Notes: a model not told the origin generated them from the letters alone. Positions 19,155 to 29,800 are shown, counted from the first letter of the stretch. The stretch: DNA of 64,000 bases from an uncultured Gammaproteobacteria bacterium (GCA_964541395.1 CAZIPM010000004.1:1188-65187); one strand, 5' to 3'. Numbers and translations are program-made.

Positions 19155-20120
19155 ATGCTTAATTTGCCAAGAATGACCGATATAGATGTAAGTCAGAAAA
19201 AAGTTTTACTAAGACTTGATCTGGATATAAAGGAATTTGATGAAAACGATTTAAGGCTTAAGGCTTCCGTTGAAACTTTAGATTTTTTAAAAGGAAAAGC
19301 TTCAGAGATAATTATACTGGCACATCGGGGCAGACCAGAGGGAAAAGTTGATCAAAGTATGAGTCTAAAAATATTCCAGCCCTATTTTGATAAATGGGAG
19401 GCCAAAGTAGAGGAGAATTTAAGGTTTAATACGGGCGAAGAAGAAAATGATTCTGAGTTTGCCAATAAATTAGCAAGTCTGGGAGATGTTTATGTTAATG
19501 AAGCGTTTGCCAGTTCCCACAGAAACCATGCATCAATTGTGAGTCTTCCAAAACTAATGCCTTCTGCATTTGGGATACATTTTATAAAAGAAGTGGAAAA
19601 TCTTTCAAAAATATTGGAGCCTGTTAGACCATTGGTTGTACTGATAAGCGGAGTCAAGGAAGACAAAGTTAAAATGATTGAACCTTTGTCATTACTTGCG
19701 GATAAAATTCTGGTAGGAGGAAGACTACCAGACTTTTTGGGGGACAAAGCCCTAGAGAGTGTCAGATTACAAGGGGAAGACAAAAAAGTAATTGTAGGAA
19801 ATTTAATAATGGACAAAGAAGATATAACTTTAAATACAGTTGGTAGATTTAATTCCGAAATTCTCAAAGCAAAAACAATCCTTCTGGCGGGGGTATTGGG
19901 TAAGTATGAAGATGTAGGCCATTCTCAGGGAACGGAAAAAGTATTCAAGGCTGTAGCCAACTCAACTGCTTTTAAAATTGCGGGAGGAGGAGATACCATA
20001 AATGCCATAATACGTTATGGTATTCAGGATAAATTTGACTGGATTTCAGTGGGTGGAGGGGCAGCATTGGAATTTTTAACTAGAAAAACCTTACCAGGAA
20101 TTAATGCAATTGTCGATTAA
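19155..20120 (+). CDS. pgk: phosphoglycerate kinase (compact, 321 aa)
   Basis: LRLDLDI, IILAHRGRPEGK, FASSHRNHAS, AGGGDT and SVGGGAALEFL blocks in PGK order. Confidence 0.8.
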   Translation: MLNLPRMTDIDVSQKKVLLRLDLDIKEFDENDLRLKASVETLDFLKGKASEIIILAHRGRPEGKVDQSMSLKIFQPYFDKWEAKVEENLRFNTGEEENDSEFANKLASLGDVYVNEAFASSHRNHASIVSLPKLMPSAFGIHFIKEVENLSKILEPVRPLVVLISGVKEDKVKMIEPLSLLADKILVGGRLPDFLGDKALESVRLQGEDKKVIVGNLIMDKEDITLNTVGRFNSEILKAKTILLAGVLGKYEDVGHSQGTEKVFKAVANSTAFKIAGGGDTINAIIRYGIQDKFDWISVGGGAALEFLTRKTLPGINAIVD

Positions 20121-20797
20121 TTTCTGTTTAGCCAAAAAGTTTTCAATAATCTGGCTGAATACTCACCAAAAAAAGATTGCGGGTTGCTGACAATTCTTCT
20201 TGCTGATGACTCAACGACAAGGGATCTGTCATAACCAATTATTCCACCTGCTTTTATTATGTTTAATGACAAATCAATGTCTTCGTGTACACTTGAATCG
20301 TCTAAAGACACATTCAACTTTACTTTCTCCCAAATATTCTTAGTGATGATCATATTGGGTCCTATCAAAAACACTTTCCCTTTTGTAAATAACTTTAAAG
20401 ATTTCAGATAAATCTGGGATGGCATAGACGTTTTTAATATTAAGGGAGAATCAATGTATGATATTGGGCCTGACAGTGCATCAATTTTGTTTTTACTAAA
20501 ATTAAGTTTAATTTTTTTAATCCAATCTGGGGTAACAATTACGTCAGCATCACATCTGGCGACAATTTCATTTACCGCATAATTGAACCCTGAGTTTCTG
20601 GCGAAAATCATCCCTTGAACTTTTTCAAAAATTACGGTTACCCCTAAACTTTTAGCGATTTTCGAAGTCTGGTCGGTGCTATTATTGTCGATAACAATAA
20701 TTTCGTCAGCTTTAACTTCTTGATTGATTATCGACAAGAGACACCTTTTTATATATTTTTCTTCATTGAAGGCTGGGATAACTACAGAAACTTTCAT
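20117..20797 (-). CDS. family 2 glycosyltransferase
   Basis: VVIPAFNEEKYI...DADV GT-A/DxD pattern. Confidence 0.8.
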   Translation of the reverse strand: MKVSVVIPAFNEEKYIKRCLLSIINQEVKADEIIVIDNNSTDQTSKIAKSLGVTVIFEKVQGMIFARNSGFNYAVNEIVARCDADVIVTPDWIKKIKLNFSKNKIDALSGPISYIDSPLILKTSMPSQIYLKSLKLFTKGKVFLIGPNMIITKNIWEKVKLNVSLDDSSVHEDIDLSLNIIKAGGIIGYDRSLVVESSARRIVSNPQSFFGEYSARLLKTFWLNRN

Positions 20798-20806
20798 TAG
20801 GTAGTA

Positions 20807-21448
20807 TTATATCCCAAGTTCAGATTTTAGTATTTTTTCAAACCATTTCTGATGATTCTGAATATCACCATGACTCTGGGCCTTTGTTATTACTTTTGGC
20901 CAATTTATTTCAATTAAATCAGGATTGCCAACAAATCTGTCTTTTTTAGCAAAGATACTTAATACTTTATCTTTTGGAGGGTTTATTTTTCTGATTCTAC
21001 CCAATAAAGGACTACCGGGAACAACTTCTTTTGCAGTTTTACCTGCTACTTTATAAAGTTGATGAATTCCATTAAACGGTGTTCCTATTGTTATAATCTT
21101 GTTTATTTTTTTCCATAAATTATTTTTATTTACATAATCCAAGGCAAGAAATCCTCCTGCGCTGAAGCCTAATATTAACGGATTTTTATACTTGGAAAAA
21201 GCTATGTCTAATTGTTTAAAATACTGTTTGATACCATACATCAGACTTCCTAAATATAGAAGCTGACCTTTGACTTTGTGTTTCTTCATAAAAGCCCGTA
21301 ATCCATCTTCAGGCCAACCATATAGTACACCGTGAATTCCTATTATTGGACCATTGATTCCTTCGTAGATATATTCCTGGCAGGCATCGTCAAACATAGC
21401 CTCCTCAAAAAAATAATAATCTTCTAAGAATTCATCTGTGATTTTCAT
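20807..21448 (-). CDS. alpha/beta hydrolase (lipase/esterase-like)
   Basis: GFSAGG GxSxG nucleophile elbow. Confidence 0.6.
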   Translation of the reverse strand: MKITDEFLEDYYFFEEAMFDDACQEYIYEGINGPIIGIHGVLYGWPEDGLRAFMKKHKVKGQLLYLGSLMYGIKQYFKQLDIAFSKYKNPLILGFSAGGFLALDYVNKNNLWKKINKIITIGTPFNGIHQLYKVAGKTAKEVVPGSPLLGRIRKINPPKDKVLSIFAKKDRFVGNPDLIEINWPKVITKAQSHGDIQNHQKWFEKILKSELGI

Positions 21449-22038
21449 ATCTTTTCTTCGTCTTTTAAGTAACTAATTACCCAAATATAGATGCAAAAGT
21501 GTGTCAGAAAAGTAATTATTAACCCATTACTTATATTGTTTATAAGATAACTAAAAACAATTCCTCCGATCAATGCATAAATAACATACTGGTATCTCAA
21601 TTTGGCCCAAGGCACAAATAAGACAGGTAAATGGGCCATGAAAAACCAAATCCCAAAATAATAATCTTTGTATTCTTGCCCAAAAATATTTTTTAAAATT
21701 GAGATAGCGATAACTACCATTGTCTGTTGGAAGAGAATGTTAAATGTCTGAAACAATAGAAAAAATCTGTCCTTAGCAAACTTTTTATAATAGTTTTTAA
21801 AAAAGGCGAAAAATATACCTAATATATTAGCAAGTAATGTGCCAACCAACAGTTGGGGTAAATATTTGGTCACATGAGTGTCAAAATAGAAACTAGTGAT
21901 AATAAATGCAAATAGAAAAAAAAGACCTCTACCTGTATATTTCCTGCTATGAAATTTTTCCAGTATCCAGCGAACCTTGATATTAAATAATCCCCAGACA
22001 GAAAACCAAATGATAAACCAAAGATAAACTTCTTTCAT
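21445..22038 (-). CDS. polytopic membrane protein, hypothetical
   Basis: Multiple TM helices; ATGA overlap with downstream hydrolase gene. Confidence 0.4.
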   Translation of the reverse strand: MKEVYLWFIIWFSVWGLFNIKVRWILEKFHSRKYTGRGLFFLFAFIITSFYFDTHVTKYLPQLLVGTLLANILGIFFAFFKNYYKKFAKDRFFLLFQTFNILFQQTMVVIAISILKNIFGQEYKDYYFGIWFFMAHLPVLFVPWAKLRYQYVIYALIGGIVFSYLINNISNGLIITFLTHFCIYIWVISYLKDEEKI

Positions 22039-22087
22039 ACTTTGATTTTAATAGTATCAGATATAGAATGTATAGTAATACTGCCAT

Positions 22088-23194
22088 ATGATTAAAGTTG
22101 GAATAAACGGTTTTGGGAGAATAGGAAGACTTGCTTACAGAATAGGCTTATTAAAGCATTCCCAAGAAGTAAACTTTACTGCGGTCAATACTTCTGGAAG
22201 TATGGATACTGCAGGTTGGGCCCATCTTCTCAATTACGATTCCACTTACAGAAAATTTGAATATGAAGTTAAAGCAAAAGAATTAAAACCTGCCAAAGAA
22301 GCTACGGACGAAGATTCACAAATAGGGGAGATCAGTGTTTCTGAACGAGGAGTGGTTACTGCAGTCTTGGCACAACGAGATCCTGCTAAAATTTCTTGGT
22401 CAAAATTTGGTGTGGACGTTGTTATCGAATCAACTGGTCATTTTACAGATGCTGAAGGTGCCAAAAAACACGCCCTTGGTGGAGCCAAAAGGGTGGTAAT
22501 CTCTGCCCCAGCCAAAGGGGAAAATGTAGGAACATATATCTTGGGTGTTAATGAAACAGATAAAACTGCTCTGGTAATATCAAACGCCAGCTGTACCACT
22601 AACTGTGTCGCTCCTGTTGCTGCAGTTATGCAATCTGCCTTTGGAATTGAAAAAGCAATGATGACTACGGTTCATAGTTACACCGATGACCAAAATCTTC
22701 AGGACGGTTCACATACAGATCTAAGACGAGCCAGAGGGGCTGCAGTAAATATAGTTCCAACTACAACCGGAGCTGCAGTTGCAGCAACTGAAACAATTCC
22801 TTCTTTAAAAGGAATCTTTGACGGGATGGCTTTAAGAGTTCCAACAGCAACAGGTTCTTTAACTGACTTTACTTTTCTATTATCTAAAAACGTGACAAAA
22901 GACGAAGTAAATAAAGCCTTTTCTGATGCAGTAAATAATCCCATCTATAAGGGAATATTGGCAGTATCTGAAGGGTATTTAGTATCAAGTGATATTATTG
23001 GAAGAAGTGAGTCGGCCATTGTCGATTTACCATTAACGCAAGTGGTTGCGGGAAATATGGTCAAGGTTTTTGCCTGGTACGACAATGAATGGGGTTATGC
23101 CAACAGATTAGTTGAACAGGTTATCAGAGTAGGTAATGCATTATCAGGAAATTCAGTTCCCACTGATCCCTTAACTCTGACACATAATGGATGA
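22088..23194 (+). CDS. gap: glyceraldehyde-3-phosphate dehydrogenase
   Basis: VGINGFGRIGR, SNASCTTNC active site, WYDNEWGY. Confidence 0.95.
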   Translation: MIKVGINGFGRIGRLAYRIGLLKHSQEVNFTAVNTSGSMDTAGWAHLLNYDSTYRKFEYEVKAKELKPAKEATDEDSQIGEISVSERGVVTAVLAQRDPAKISWSKFGVDVVIESTGHFTDAEGAKKHALGGAKRVVISAPAKGENVGTYILGVNETDKTALVISNASCTTNCVAPVAAVMQSAFGIEKAMMTTVHSYTDDQNLQDGSHTDLRRARGAAVNIVPTTTGAAVAATETIPSLKGIFDGMALRVPTATGSLTDFTFLLSKNVTKDEVNKAFSDAVNNPIYKGILAVSEGYLVSSDIIGRSESAIVDLPLTQVVAGNMVKVFAWYDNEWGYANRLVEQVIRVGNALSGNSVPTDPLTLTHNG

Positions 23195-23203
23195 ACAAAC
23201 CAT

Positions 23204-23824
23204 ATGATGGATAAAAACTCAAAGAAAAAAATCAGGCAAATCAGTTATTTCGGTTTCGCCGATGCCAGTGTTAACGATCCTTTATATAAAGAAGCTTTTG
23301 AAGTATCTAAATATGTCACCTCACATGGTTTTGTTGCCATTAACGGCGGCGGCCCGGGTACGATGAGAGCCGTCTCGGAAGGTGCCAAGGCAGCCAAAGG
23401 TACTGCTGTCGGAGTTACTTTTTACCCTAAGGATATAACCAACTTTGAAGGACGGGACCAGGATAATCCCATGGATATCGAAATAAAATGCAAAAACTAT
23501 CTTGAAAGGACCTTAAAACTTTTGGAACTTGGCGATGCCTATGTGATTTTTAGGGGAGGAACCGGTACCATCTCTGAATTTGGTATGGCCTGGGGTTTGG
23601 CCAGGCTTTATTTTGGTCATCATAAACCGTTAATTTTGTATGGAGATTATTGGAACAACATCATTAAAGCCTTTGTAGACAATATGAGAATCAGACCTGA
23701 AGACCTGAAGGTTTACAGGGTGGCCAAAAACCCCAAAGAGGTAGTTGAAGCAATTAATGATTTTGAATATGTATTAACTCAAAATGACCATATTCATGAG
23801 GAAGAGAAACCCTTCCAAATATAA
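23204..23824 (+). CDS. LOG-family (TIGR00730) Rossmann-fold nucleotide-binding protein
   Basis: AINGGGPGTMRAVSEGA and GGTGT motifs. Confidence 0.7.
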   Translation: MMDKNSKKKIRQISYFGFADASVNDPLYKEAFEVSKYVTSHGFVAINGGGPGTMRAVSEGAKAAKGTAVGVTFYPKDITNFEGRDQDNPMDIEIKCKNYLERTLKLLELGDAYVIFRGGTGTISEFGMAWGLARLYFGHHKPLILYGDYWNNIIKAFVDNMRIRPEDLKVYRVAKNPKEVVEAINDFEYVLTQNDHIHEEEKPFQI

Positions 23825-23832
23825 CTTTTAAA

Positions 23833-24681
23833 ATGAAACACAAATTGGAAGATTTAGAAAAAATTGCCACTGAAGTTAGGCGTGATGTTATCAAGATGAT
23901 ACTTCACGCAGGGGCTGGACACCCAGCAGGGTCATTGGGAATGGTTGATGTTTTTGTTGCCCTCTATTATGAAATATTAAATCATGATTCCAAGAAACCT
24001 GATTGGGAGACACGAGACAGGTTAATACTTTCCTGTGGTCATATTTGCCCCGCCAGATATGCTGTAATGAGCCACGCAGGTTATTTTGACCATAAACATC
24101 TTTTTAAACTGGGGGAATTTAAAAGTATTCTACAGGGACACCCGGACAAAAGATTTTTACCAAGTGTTGAAACAACCTCAGGCCCTTTAGGTTGTGGGTT
24201 AGCCCAGGCTTCAGGAATTGCCTTGGCTGCAAGAATGGACGGAAAAAGATTTAGAACTATAGTCATTACATCTGATGGGGAACACGACGAAGGTAACCAT
24301 TGGGAAGCAGTAGCCTTTGCTGCGAAAAATAATCTTAGCAATCTGACTATGATAGTAGACAGAAATAATATACAAATAGACGGTTATACCGAAGAAGTCA
24401 TGCCGCTTGAACCTTTAGCTGATAAATATAAAGCTTACAATTGGTCTGTTATAGAAATTGACGGGCATAATTTTGAAGAAATTGTCAGTGCAGTCAATAA
24501 GGCCAGGGCAATCTATGAAAATCCGACCGTAATAATAGCCAGAACCATACCGGGTAAAGGTGTGGATTTTATGGAAAATGTTCCATCTTGGCATGCAAAA
24601 GCTCCATCTGACGATCAGGCGAAGCTAGCATTGAAGGAATTAAGAACTTTGCAGGGAAAGATTAAAGAGTATGGTGAGTAA
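23833..24681 (+). CDS. transketolase, N-terminal (TPP-binding) subunit
   Basis: HPAGSLGMVDVFVALY and GDGE...NHWEA motifs; 282 aa split form. Confidence 0.9.
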   Translation: MKHKLEDLEKIATEVRRDVIKMILHAGAGHPAGSLGMVDVFVALYYEILNHDSKKPDWETRDRLILSCGHICPARYAVMSHAGYFDHKHLFKLGEFKSILQGHPDKRFLPSVETTSGPLGCGLAQASGIALAARMDGKRFRTIVITSDGEHDEGNHWEAVAFAAKNNLSNLTMIVDRNNIQIDGYTEEVMPLEPLADKYKAYNWSVIEIDGHNFEEIVSAVNKARAIYENPTVIIARTIPGKGVDFMENVPSWHAKAPSDDQAKLALKELRTLQGKIKEYGE

Positions 24682-24712
24682 GATATAAAATTATTAAATT
24701 AAAATTAACTGT

Positions 24713-25708
24713 ATGTTAAAAACAAATTTGTATTTATCAGATAATATTTTTAAAAAAGACATTGAGGTCAAATTTATGCGTGACGGATTTGGCCAAGGAC
24801 TTCTTTTAGCAGGGGAGAAAGACGACAGAATCGTTGTTTTATCTGCCGACCTTAAAGAAAGTACCAAGGCAAATTATTTTGCGGATAAGTTTCCAAATAG
24901 ATTTATTGAAGTGGGTGTTGCCGAACAAGCTTTAGTGACAATTGCCTCAGGTTTTGCCAATTACGGTAAAATTCCTTTTGTTACTTCATATGCAATATTT
25001 TCACCGGGGCGCAATTGGGAGCAAATAAGAACAACAATCGGAATAGATGCTTATCCAGTAAAAATAATAGGAGCTCAAAGTGGACTTAACATAGGACATT
25101 ATGGAGTAACTCACCAAGGCTTGGAAGATATTGCCACGATGAGAGTAATTCCCGGTATGAATGTTGTAGCTCCGTCTGATTATGAAGAAGCAAAAAAAGC
25201 AACACTGGAAATGGCAAAGATAGATGAACCTTTTTACATGAGGTTACCAAGAATAGATTCACCTGTTTATACAACAGAAAAAACTCCTTTTAAGATTGGT
25301 AAAGCGAACATCCTGACGGAAAGTAAAAAGCCTGAAGCAACAATAATCGCTTGTGGTTTAATGGTTTACCGGGCTTTGCAAGCAGCCAAAGAACTTGAGA
25401 AAAATGGCATAGAATCAATTGTGGTTAACATGCATACGATAAAACCCTTGGATGATGAGATTGTAATTAGGCAGGCAAAACTTACGGGGGCAGTAGTAAC
25501 AATTGAGGAGCATCAGTTAATGGGAGGAATGGGCTCAGCAGTAAGCGAGGTGTTATCTAAAAACTATCCTGTTCCAATGGAGATGTTGGGGGTGCAGAAT
25601 AAATTTGGTCAATCAGGAAAACCTAAAGAGTTGTTTGAAGAGTATGGGTTAACCAAAGAAGATATTGTAAAAGCTGTTAAAAAAGTAATTACCAGAAAAA
25701 ACAATTAG
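24713..25708 (+). CDS. transketolase, C-terminal (pyrimidine-binding) subunit
   Basis: MRDGFGQGLL...FIEVGVAEQA pattern; true start may be the internal ATG at 24771. Confidence 0.9.
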   Translation: MLKTNLYLSDNIFKKDIEVKFMRDGFGQGLLLAGEKDDRIVVLSADLKESTKANYFADKFPNRFIEVGVAEQALVTIASGFANYGKIPFVTSYAIFSPGRNWEQIRTTIGIDAYPVKIIGAQSGLNIGHYGVTHQGLEDIATMRVIPGMNVVAPSDYEEAKKATLEMAKIDEPFYMRLPRIDSPVYTTEKTPFKIGKANILTESKKPEATIIACGLMVYRALQAAKELEKNGIESIVVNMHTIKPLDDEIVIRQAKLTGAVVTIEEHQLMGGMGSAVSEVLSKNYPVPMEMLGVQNKFGQSGKPKELFEEYGLTKEDIVKAVKKVITRKNN

Positions 25709-25713
25709 ATTAA

Positions 25714-26313
25714 TTAGGGACACGGAGTAAATTCACATTTAGGTCCACTTCTTCCTACAAATGAACCATCAGGACATTCCATAGCCTCCATAGTGCAGGA
25801 AACACTGGAATTGTCAGGTATGGGGGAAGTCTCTAAAAATTTAAATGTGGAAATAATTTCTTCAACCTGTGGGTCATTGTTGATGTTAAATAAAGTATAA
25901 GTGCCTGTACCGAATGATTGAATTTTTATGCTGTTTATATATTTTCCAGAATTGTATTTAGATTTGTATTGAGTTTCATTTTCCCAAGATTCAATCACCA
26001 GATCATATACCTGGTTTCCCTTAGACAATATCAGTACAGAATTGGGCCAACCTGTCTGATCTTCCACAATACTGAAATTGTTTGGATATTTAATCTCAAA
26101 ATTTTCTTCATCACTCGTAAATGTGTTCCAGTTTGAATATGGTGTCGAATCTTGCACTATCGGTAAAGGAGGCTTACTAATCAAGTTATTTCTTTTAATC
26201 AAAAAATATTCACCAATGCCGATTGAAAAAAGACAGGTTACCGAAAGAAGTAAGAGTAAAAAATTATCTTTTACTGCACGAGCAGAAAATTTATAGCTAA
26301 TCTTTTTTGCCAT
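25714..26313 (-). CDS. hypothetical secreted/membrane-anchored protein
   Basis: N-terminal anchor; C-terminal Cys pairs. Confidence 0.4.
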   Translation of the reverse strand: MAKKISYKFSARAVKDNFLLLLLSVTCLFSIGIGEYFLIKRNNLISKPPLPIVQDSTPYSNWNTFTSDEENFEIKYPNNFSIVEDQTGWPNSVLILSKGNQVYDLVIESWENETQYKSKYNSGKYINSIKIQSFGTGTYTLFNINNDPQVEEIISTFKFLETSPIPDNSSVSCTMEAMECPDGSFVGRSGPKCEFTPCP

Positions 26314-26341
26314 TAATTGATTATATTCCTTTTTTTAAATG

Positions 26342-26779
26342 TTATTTAAAATTTACCTGAATTTCAAATGTTTTAGAAAGTTCAGGATCACCGCTGGGAT
26401 TATCATTTTCAAAAACGATAAAACCACTATCTGTTGTGGTTGTAAAGTTTAATGTAGCTATAAATTCAACCTGATTACCCGACTGCCAACTACCGGGATT
26501 TTTTTCTTTTGCCAATCCTTGAACAATCAAATTTCTGTTTTCGTCCAACATTTTTATTGGAAAGATTCCCTCAAACATCCAACCGGGTTCGACCAGTCCG
26601 GTTATTGAAACCGGGGATTTTATCCTTTCGTTTGATTGGGGAGAGGTGATGAATACTGAAGTTTGGGAAATGGATGACGGTTGCGGAAAAGTCAGAGGAG
26701 AGGGAGATTTTTTAAAATAAATTAACCCATAAAGAAGGATTATAATCAAAATAACCCAAAATAATACTTTGGATTTCAC
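26342..26779 (-). CDS. hypothetical secreted protein
   Basis: Signal anchor plus beta-rich domain. Confidence 0.4.
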   Translation of the reverse strand: MKSKVLFWVILIIILLYGLIYFKKSPSPLTFPQPSSISQTSVFITSPQSNERIKSPVSITGLVEPGWMFEGIFPIKMLDENRNLIVQGLAKEKNPGSWQSGNQVEFIATLNFTTTTDSGFIVFENDNPSGDPELSKTFEIQVNFK

Positions 26780-26859
26780 CCCTTTATTTTATCACGAGTG
26801 TACTAAATGGCAAATTTCATTTCTAACATTTTACTGGTACACTGGTATTTAACTACTCT

Positions 26860-27846
26860 ATGGAAGAAACTATTCAAAAACTATTAACTCCCGGGAAAGG
26901 AATTCTGGCAGCAGATGCTTCGACGAAAACGTTATCCAAGAGGTTTACTGCTCTAGGATTGACTCTATCTCCGGAACTTAATAAAAAATATAAGGAAGTA
27001 CTTTTTACTACCCCCAATTTTTCAGATGTTATAAGTGGAGTAATTTTATATGACGAAACTATCCGACAGACGTTCCGGGGTAGCTTTGCTACTCAATTTT
27101 TAAATAATTTGGGGGTAGTCCCTGGTATTAAAGTAGACCAGGGATTGGAGAATTATAACAGTACAGAAGAGCAGACTACTTTGGGTTTGGACGGGTTGGG
27201 ACAAAGACTAGAAGAATATTCCAAACTGGGAGCAAAATTTACAAAATGGAGAGCTGTTATAAAAATATCGGATATTTTTCCGACCGATGGTTTTTTGGAT
27301 GAAAATCTAGCCAGGTTAGCGGAGTATGCAATAATTTCACAACAACATGGTTTGGTTCCGATAGTTGAACCCGAAGTTTTGTTGAATGGTAACCATACAA
27401 ATTCCAAATGCGAAGAAATTACAACCAAAACCTTAAAAAAACTGTTTGAATTATTAGAAGTTAAAAAAGTTAATCTGAAAACATTACTTCTTAAAGTTAA
27501 CATGGTTTTACCCGGGCAAGACAGCGGAGTGGTCGCAGAACCTCTTGAGGTAGGAAATGCTACACTTCGGACTTTACAAAACTCGGTACCCAATGAAGTT
27601 CCCGGAATTGTCTTTTTATCAGGAGGACAGTCTCCGGATCAGGCTACAGAAAATCTAAATGAAATAGTAAAACTTAATAAAGTTAAAACATTTGGTAATT
27701 GGGATTTGTCCTTTTCATATGACCGGGCTCTACAACAGGAAGCTTTATCAACCTGGCAGGGTTTAGATGAAAATATCACAAATGCACAAGAGGTCTTCAA
27801 TAAAAGACTCTTAATGGTCCAAAAAGCAAGGAAGGGGGAGTTGTAG
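26860..27846 (+). CDS. fba: fructose-bisphosphate aldolase, class I
   Basis: GKGILAADASTKTLSKRF class I aldolase signature. Confidence 0.85.
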   Translation: MEETIQKLLTPGKGILAADASTKTLSKRFTALGLTLSPELNKKYKEVLFTTPNFSDVISGVILYDETIRQTFRGSFATQFLNNLGVVPGIKVDQGLENYNSTEEQTTLGLDGLGQRLEEYSKLGAKFTKWRAVIKISDIFPTDGFLDENLARLAEYAIISQQHGLVPIVEPEVLLNGNHTNSKCEEITTKTLKKLFELLEVKKVNLKTLLLKVNMVLPGQDSGVVAEPLEVGNATLRTLQNSVPNEVPGIVFLSGGQSPDQATENLNEIVKLNKVKTFGNWDLSFSYDRALQQEALSTWQGLDENITNAQEVFNKRLLMVQKARKGEL

Positions 27847-27848
27847 TT

Positions 27849-28844
27849 ATGGCTGGCACTTTTGATTTACTTTCTATAGGGGATGCCAATTTAGATTGTT
27901 TTATAGCCCCGTCTGAGTCGGAGTCACTTTGCAATTTAAACACCAAACAGTGCATGATCGCATTTTCCTACGGGGATAAAATCCCAGTTAAAAATTTGGA
28001 ATTCTCGGTTGGAGGCAATGCAGCTAATAATGCAGTTGGAGTTAAGAGATTGGGAGTTAACGTGGGGGTTGTATTGACATTGGGTGATGACAGTATAGGT
28101 AGACAAATTATAGAAAGATTACAAAACGAAAAAGTAGATCTGACATATGTAGTTCAGCAACCAGCAACCAGTTCAAACTTTAATGTTGCAGTAACCTATA
28201 CAGGAGAACGAACTATTTTTACCTACCATGCTCCCAGATCTTATGAATTTCCTGTTCAGCTTCCCAAAGCCCCCTGGGTTTATTTGACATCAATGGGAGA
28301 ATCGTACAGACCATTCTACAATCATGTAACAGAATGGTTGGTTAAAAATCCTGAAATTAAGCTTGCATTTAATCCTGGTTCGTGGCAGCTGCGTTCCGGT
28401 ATTGAACAGCTGTCTAATATTTTTAAATTAAGTCAGATTGTCTTTGTCAACAAACAGGAGGCAGAAAAATTGACCGGATTTGGAAAAAAGACGGAAGTAA
28501 CTAAAGAACTATTGTCTGCGCTTTCCAACCTTGGACCGAAAGTTGCAGTAATTACGGATGGAGGAAACGGAAGCTACGCATTTGACGGTCAAAAGTATTA
28601 TCACTGTGATGTTCTACCTGTTGATGCCTATGAAAGAACGGGGGCAGGAGATGCATTTGGTTCGGGATTTTTGGCAGGACTCATAAACGGCAGATCAATT
28701 TCTGATTCTTTGGTCTGGGGAACTGTTAATTCAGGTTCCGTAATTGGCTATGTAGGTTCACAAAAAGGGCTTTTGGCAAAAGAAGATATCGATGTCTGGG
28801 TTGAAAGATTTACGTCTTCAGCGGTTAAAGTGGGAGAATTTTAA
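27849..28844 (+). CDS. PfkB-family carbohydrate kinase (ribokinase-like)
   Basis: C-terminal TGAGDAFGSGFLAGL PfkB signature; adjacent to fba. Confidence 0.8.
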   Translation: MAGTFDLLSIGDANLDCFIAPSESESLCNLNTKQCMIAFSYGDKIPVKNLEFSVGGNAANNAVGVKRLGVNVGVVLTLGDDSIGRQIIERLQNEKVDLTYVVQQPATSSNFNVAVTYTGERTIFTYHAPRSYEFPVQLPKAPWVYLTSMGESYRPFYNHVTEWLVKNPEIKLAFNPGSWQLRSGIEQLSNIFKLSQIVFVNKQEAEKLTGFGKKTEVTKELLSALSNLGPKVAVITDGGNGSYAFDGQKYYHCDVLPVDAYERTGAGDAFGSGFLAGLINGRSISDSLVWGTVNSGSVIGYVGSQKGLLAKEDIDVWVERFTSSAVKVGEF

Positions 28845-29567
28845 TTATTCACTGAATTCAAAAGTAGAGAGTATTTCTTCGAAATAAGTCCGAGCCTCGG
28901 TTGAGAAAGTATTATATCTGACTTCAATTAAAAAATAATCATTGTCTTGTGTGAGTCCATAAGTTGAGTATTTTGTGTTATCCACGTCCCAAGTTATTCT
29001 TTCCCAGTCTATTCCGCCAATATTTACTTTTTCACTGGTTGTCGGAGATTCCGTACCTCTTCCTCCTGCTTCGGGATCAATGCTTAATTTAAAACTATCT
29101 TTAGTACATTCGATCATTACCCCTGTAACACATTCTTCAGGAAGAGATAAATTAAATATCCTGGTTTTTTGATAGCCGTAATATCCGATCGGTGTCGGGA
29201 ATGGGGTAGATGTATCTACAGGCTCCGGAGTTGTGGTTCCTTTAACTTGTTTAGCAATATTTTGAGTTTGCCAGGCAAAAAAACCTGCAGCAAAAACTGC
29301 AATAAGAAGAAGTAAAGAGAGTAAAGTTATCAAAAAATTACCAGATTTGACAGGTGGAGTTTCAGAAACAGGTGAATTTGTTACAGAGTGAACTGGCTCT
29401 GTATATGTTTCAACAGTTGGTGTTGGGACAGGTGGAGTATTTTGGGTAGTCGTGTCTTCCATCTTTATCACTTTATCTAAAATGAAATTGTTTGTAAAGT
29501 GACGAAAACTATTGACTTGTACAAAAACATGTACTAACATTGTAAGTACATATGCAAATTCAGACAA
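28845..29567 (-). CDS. hypothetical membrane-anchored protein
   Basis: Thr/Pro-rich N-terminus, one TM, globular C-domain. Confidence 0.4.
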   Translation of the reverse strand: MSEFAYVLTMLVHVFVQVNSFRHFTNNFILDKVIKMEDTTTQNTPPVPTPTVETYTEPVHSVTNSPVSETPPVKSGNFLITLLSLLLLIAVFAAGFFAWQTQNIAKQVKGTTTPEPVDTSTPFPTPIGYYGYQKTRIFNLSLPEECVTGVMIECTKDSFKLSIDPEAGGRGTESPTTSEKVNIGGIDWERITWDVDNTKYSTYGLTQDNDYFLIEVRYNTFSTEARTYFEEILSTFEFSE

Positions 29568-29800
29568 TTTTTAAAGCAGGAAACAGCCCATTTGTGGTTT
29601 CAATTCCACCTCAGGTTGCCAGAGATGTCAGCTTTACTCATGGGATTAGGGTTACTGTGAGTAAAGTGGGTGAAGATGCAGTAATTATTAAAAAAGTCAA
29701 AAAACAAACAACTTCTGTATCTCCAGTAAACAAAGAGTTCAACAATTGGATGAAAGGGGTTTTGAAAGAAGATGCCGAAATTCTCGAAGAACTTGCTTAA
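29552..29800 (+). CDS. AbrB/MazE/Phd-type antitoxin
   Basis: FKAGNSPFVVSIPPQVARDV swapped-hairpin pattern; overlaps doc. Confidence 0.55.
   Translation: MQIQTIFKAGNSPFVVSIPPQVARDVSFTHGIRVTVSKVGEDAVIIKKVKKQTTSVSPVNKEFNNWMKGVLKEDAEILEELA

Noticed and set aside
26790-26858. 7-bp inverted repeat AGTGTAC...GTACACT upstream of fba as a possible glycolytic regulator site.
   Set aside because: Short arms separated by ~36 nt and no partner regulator visible; within chance expectation for AT-rich DNA.
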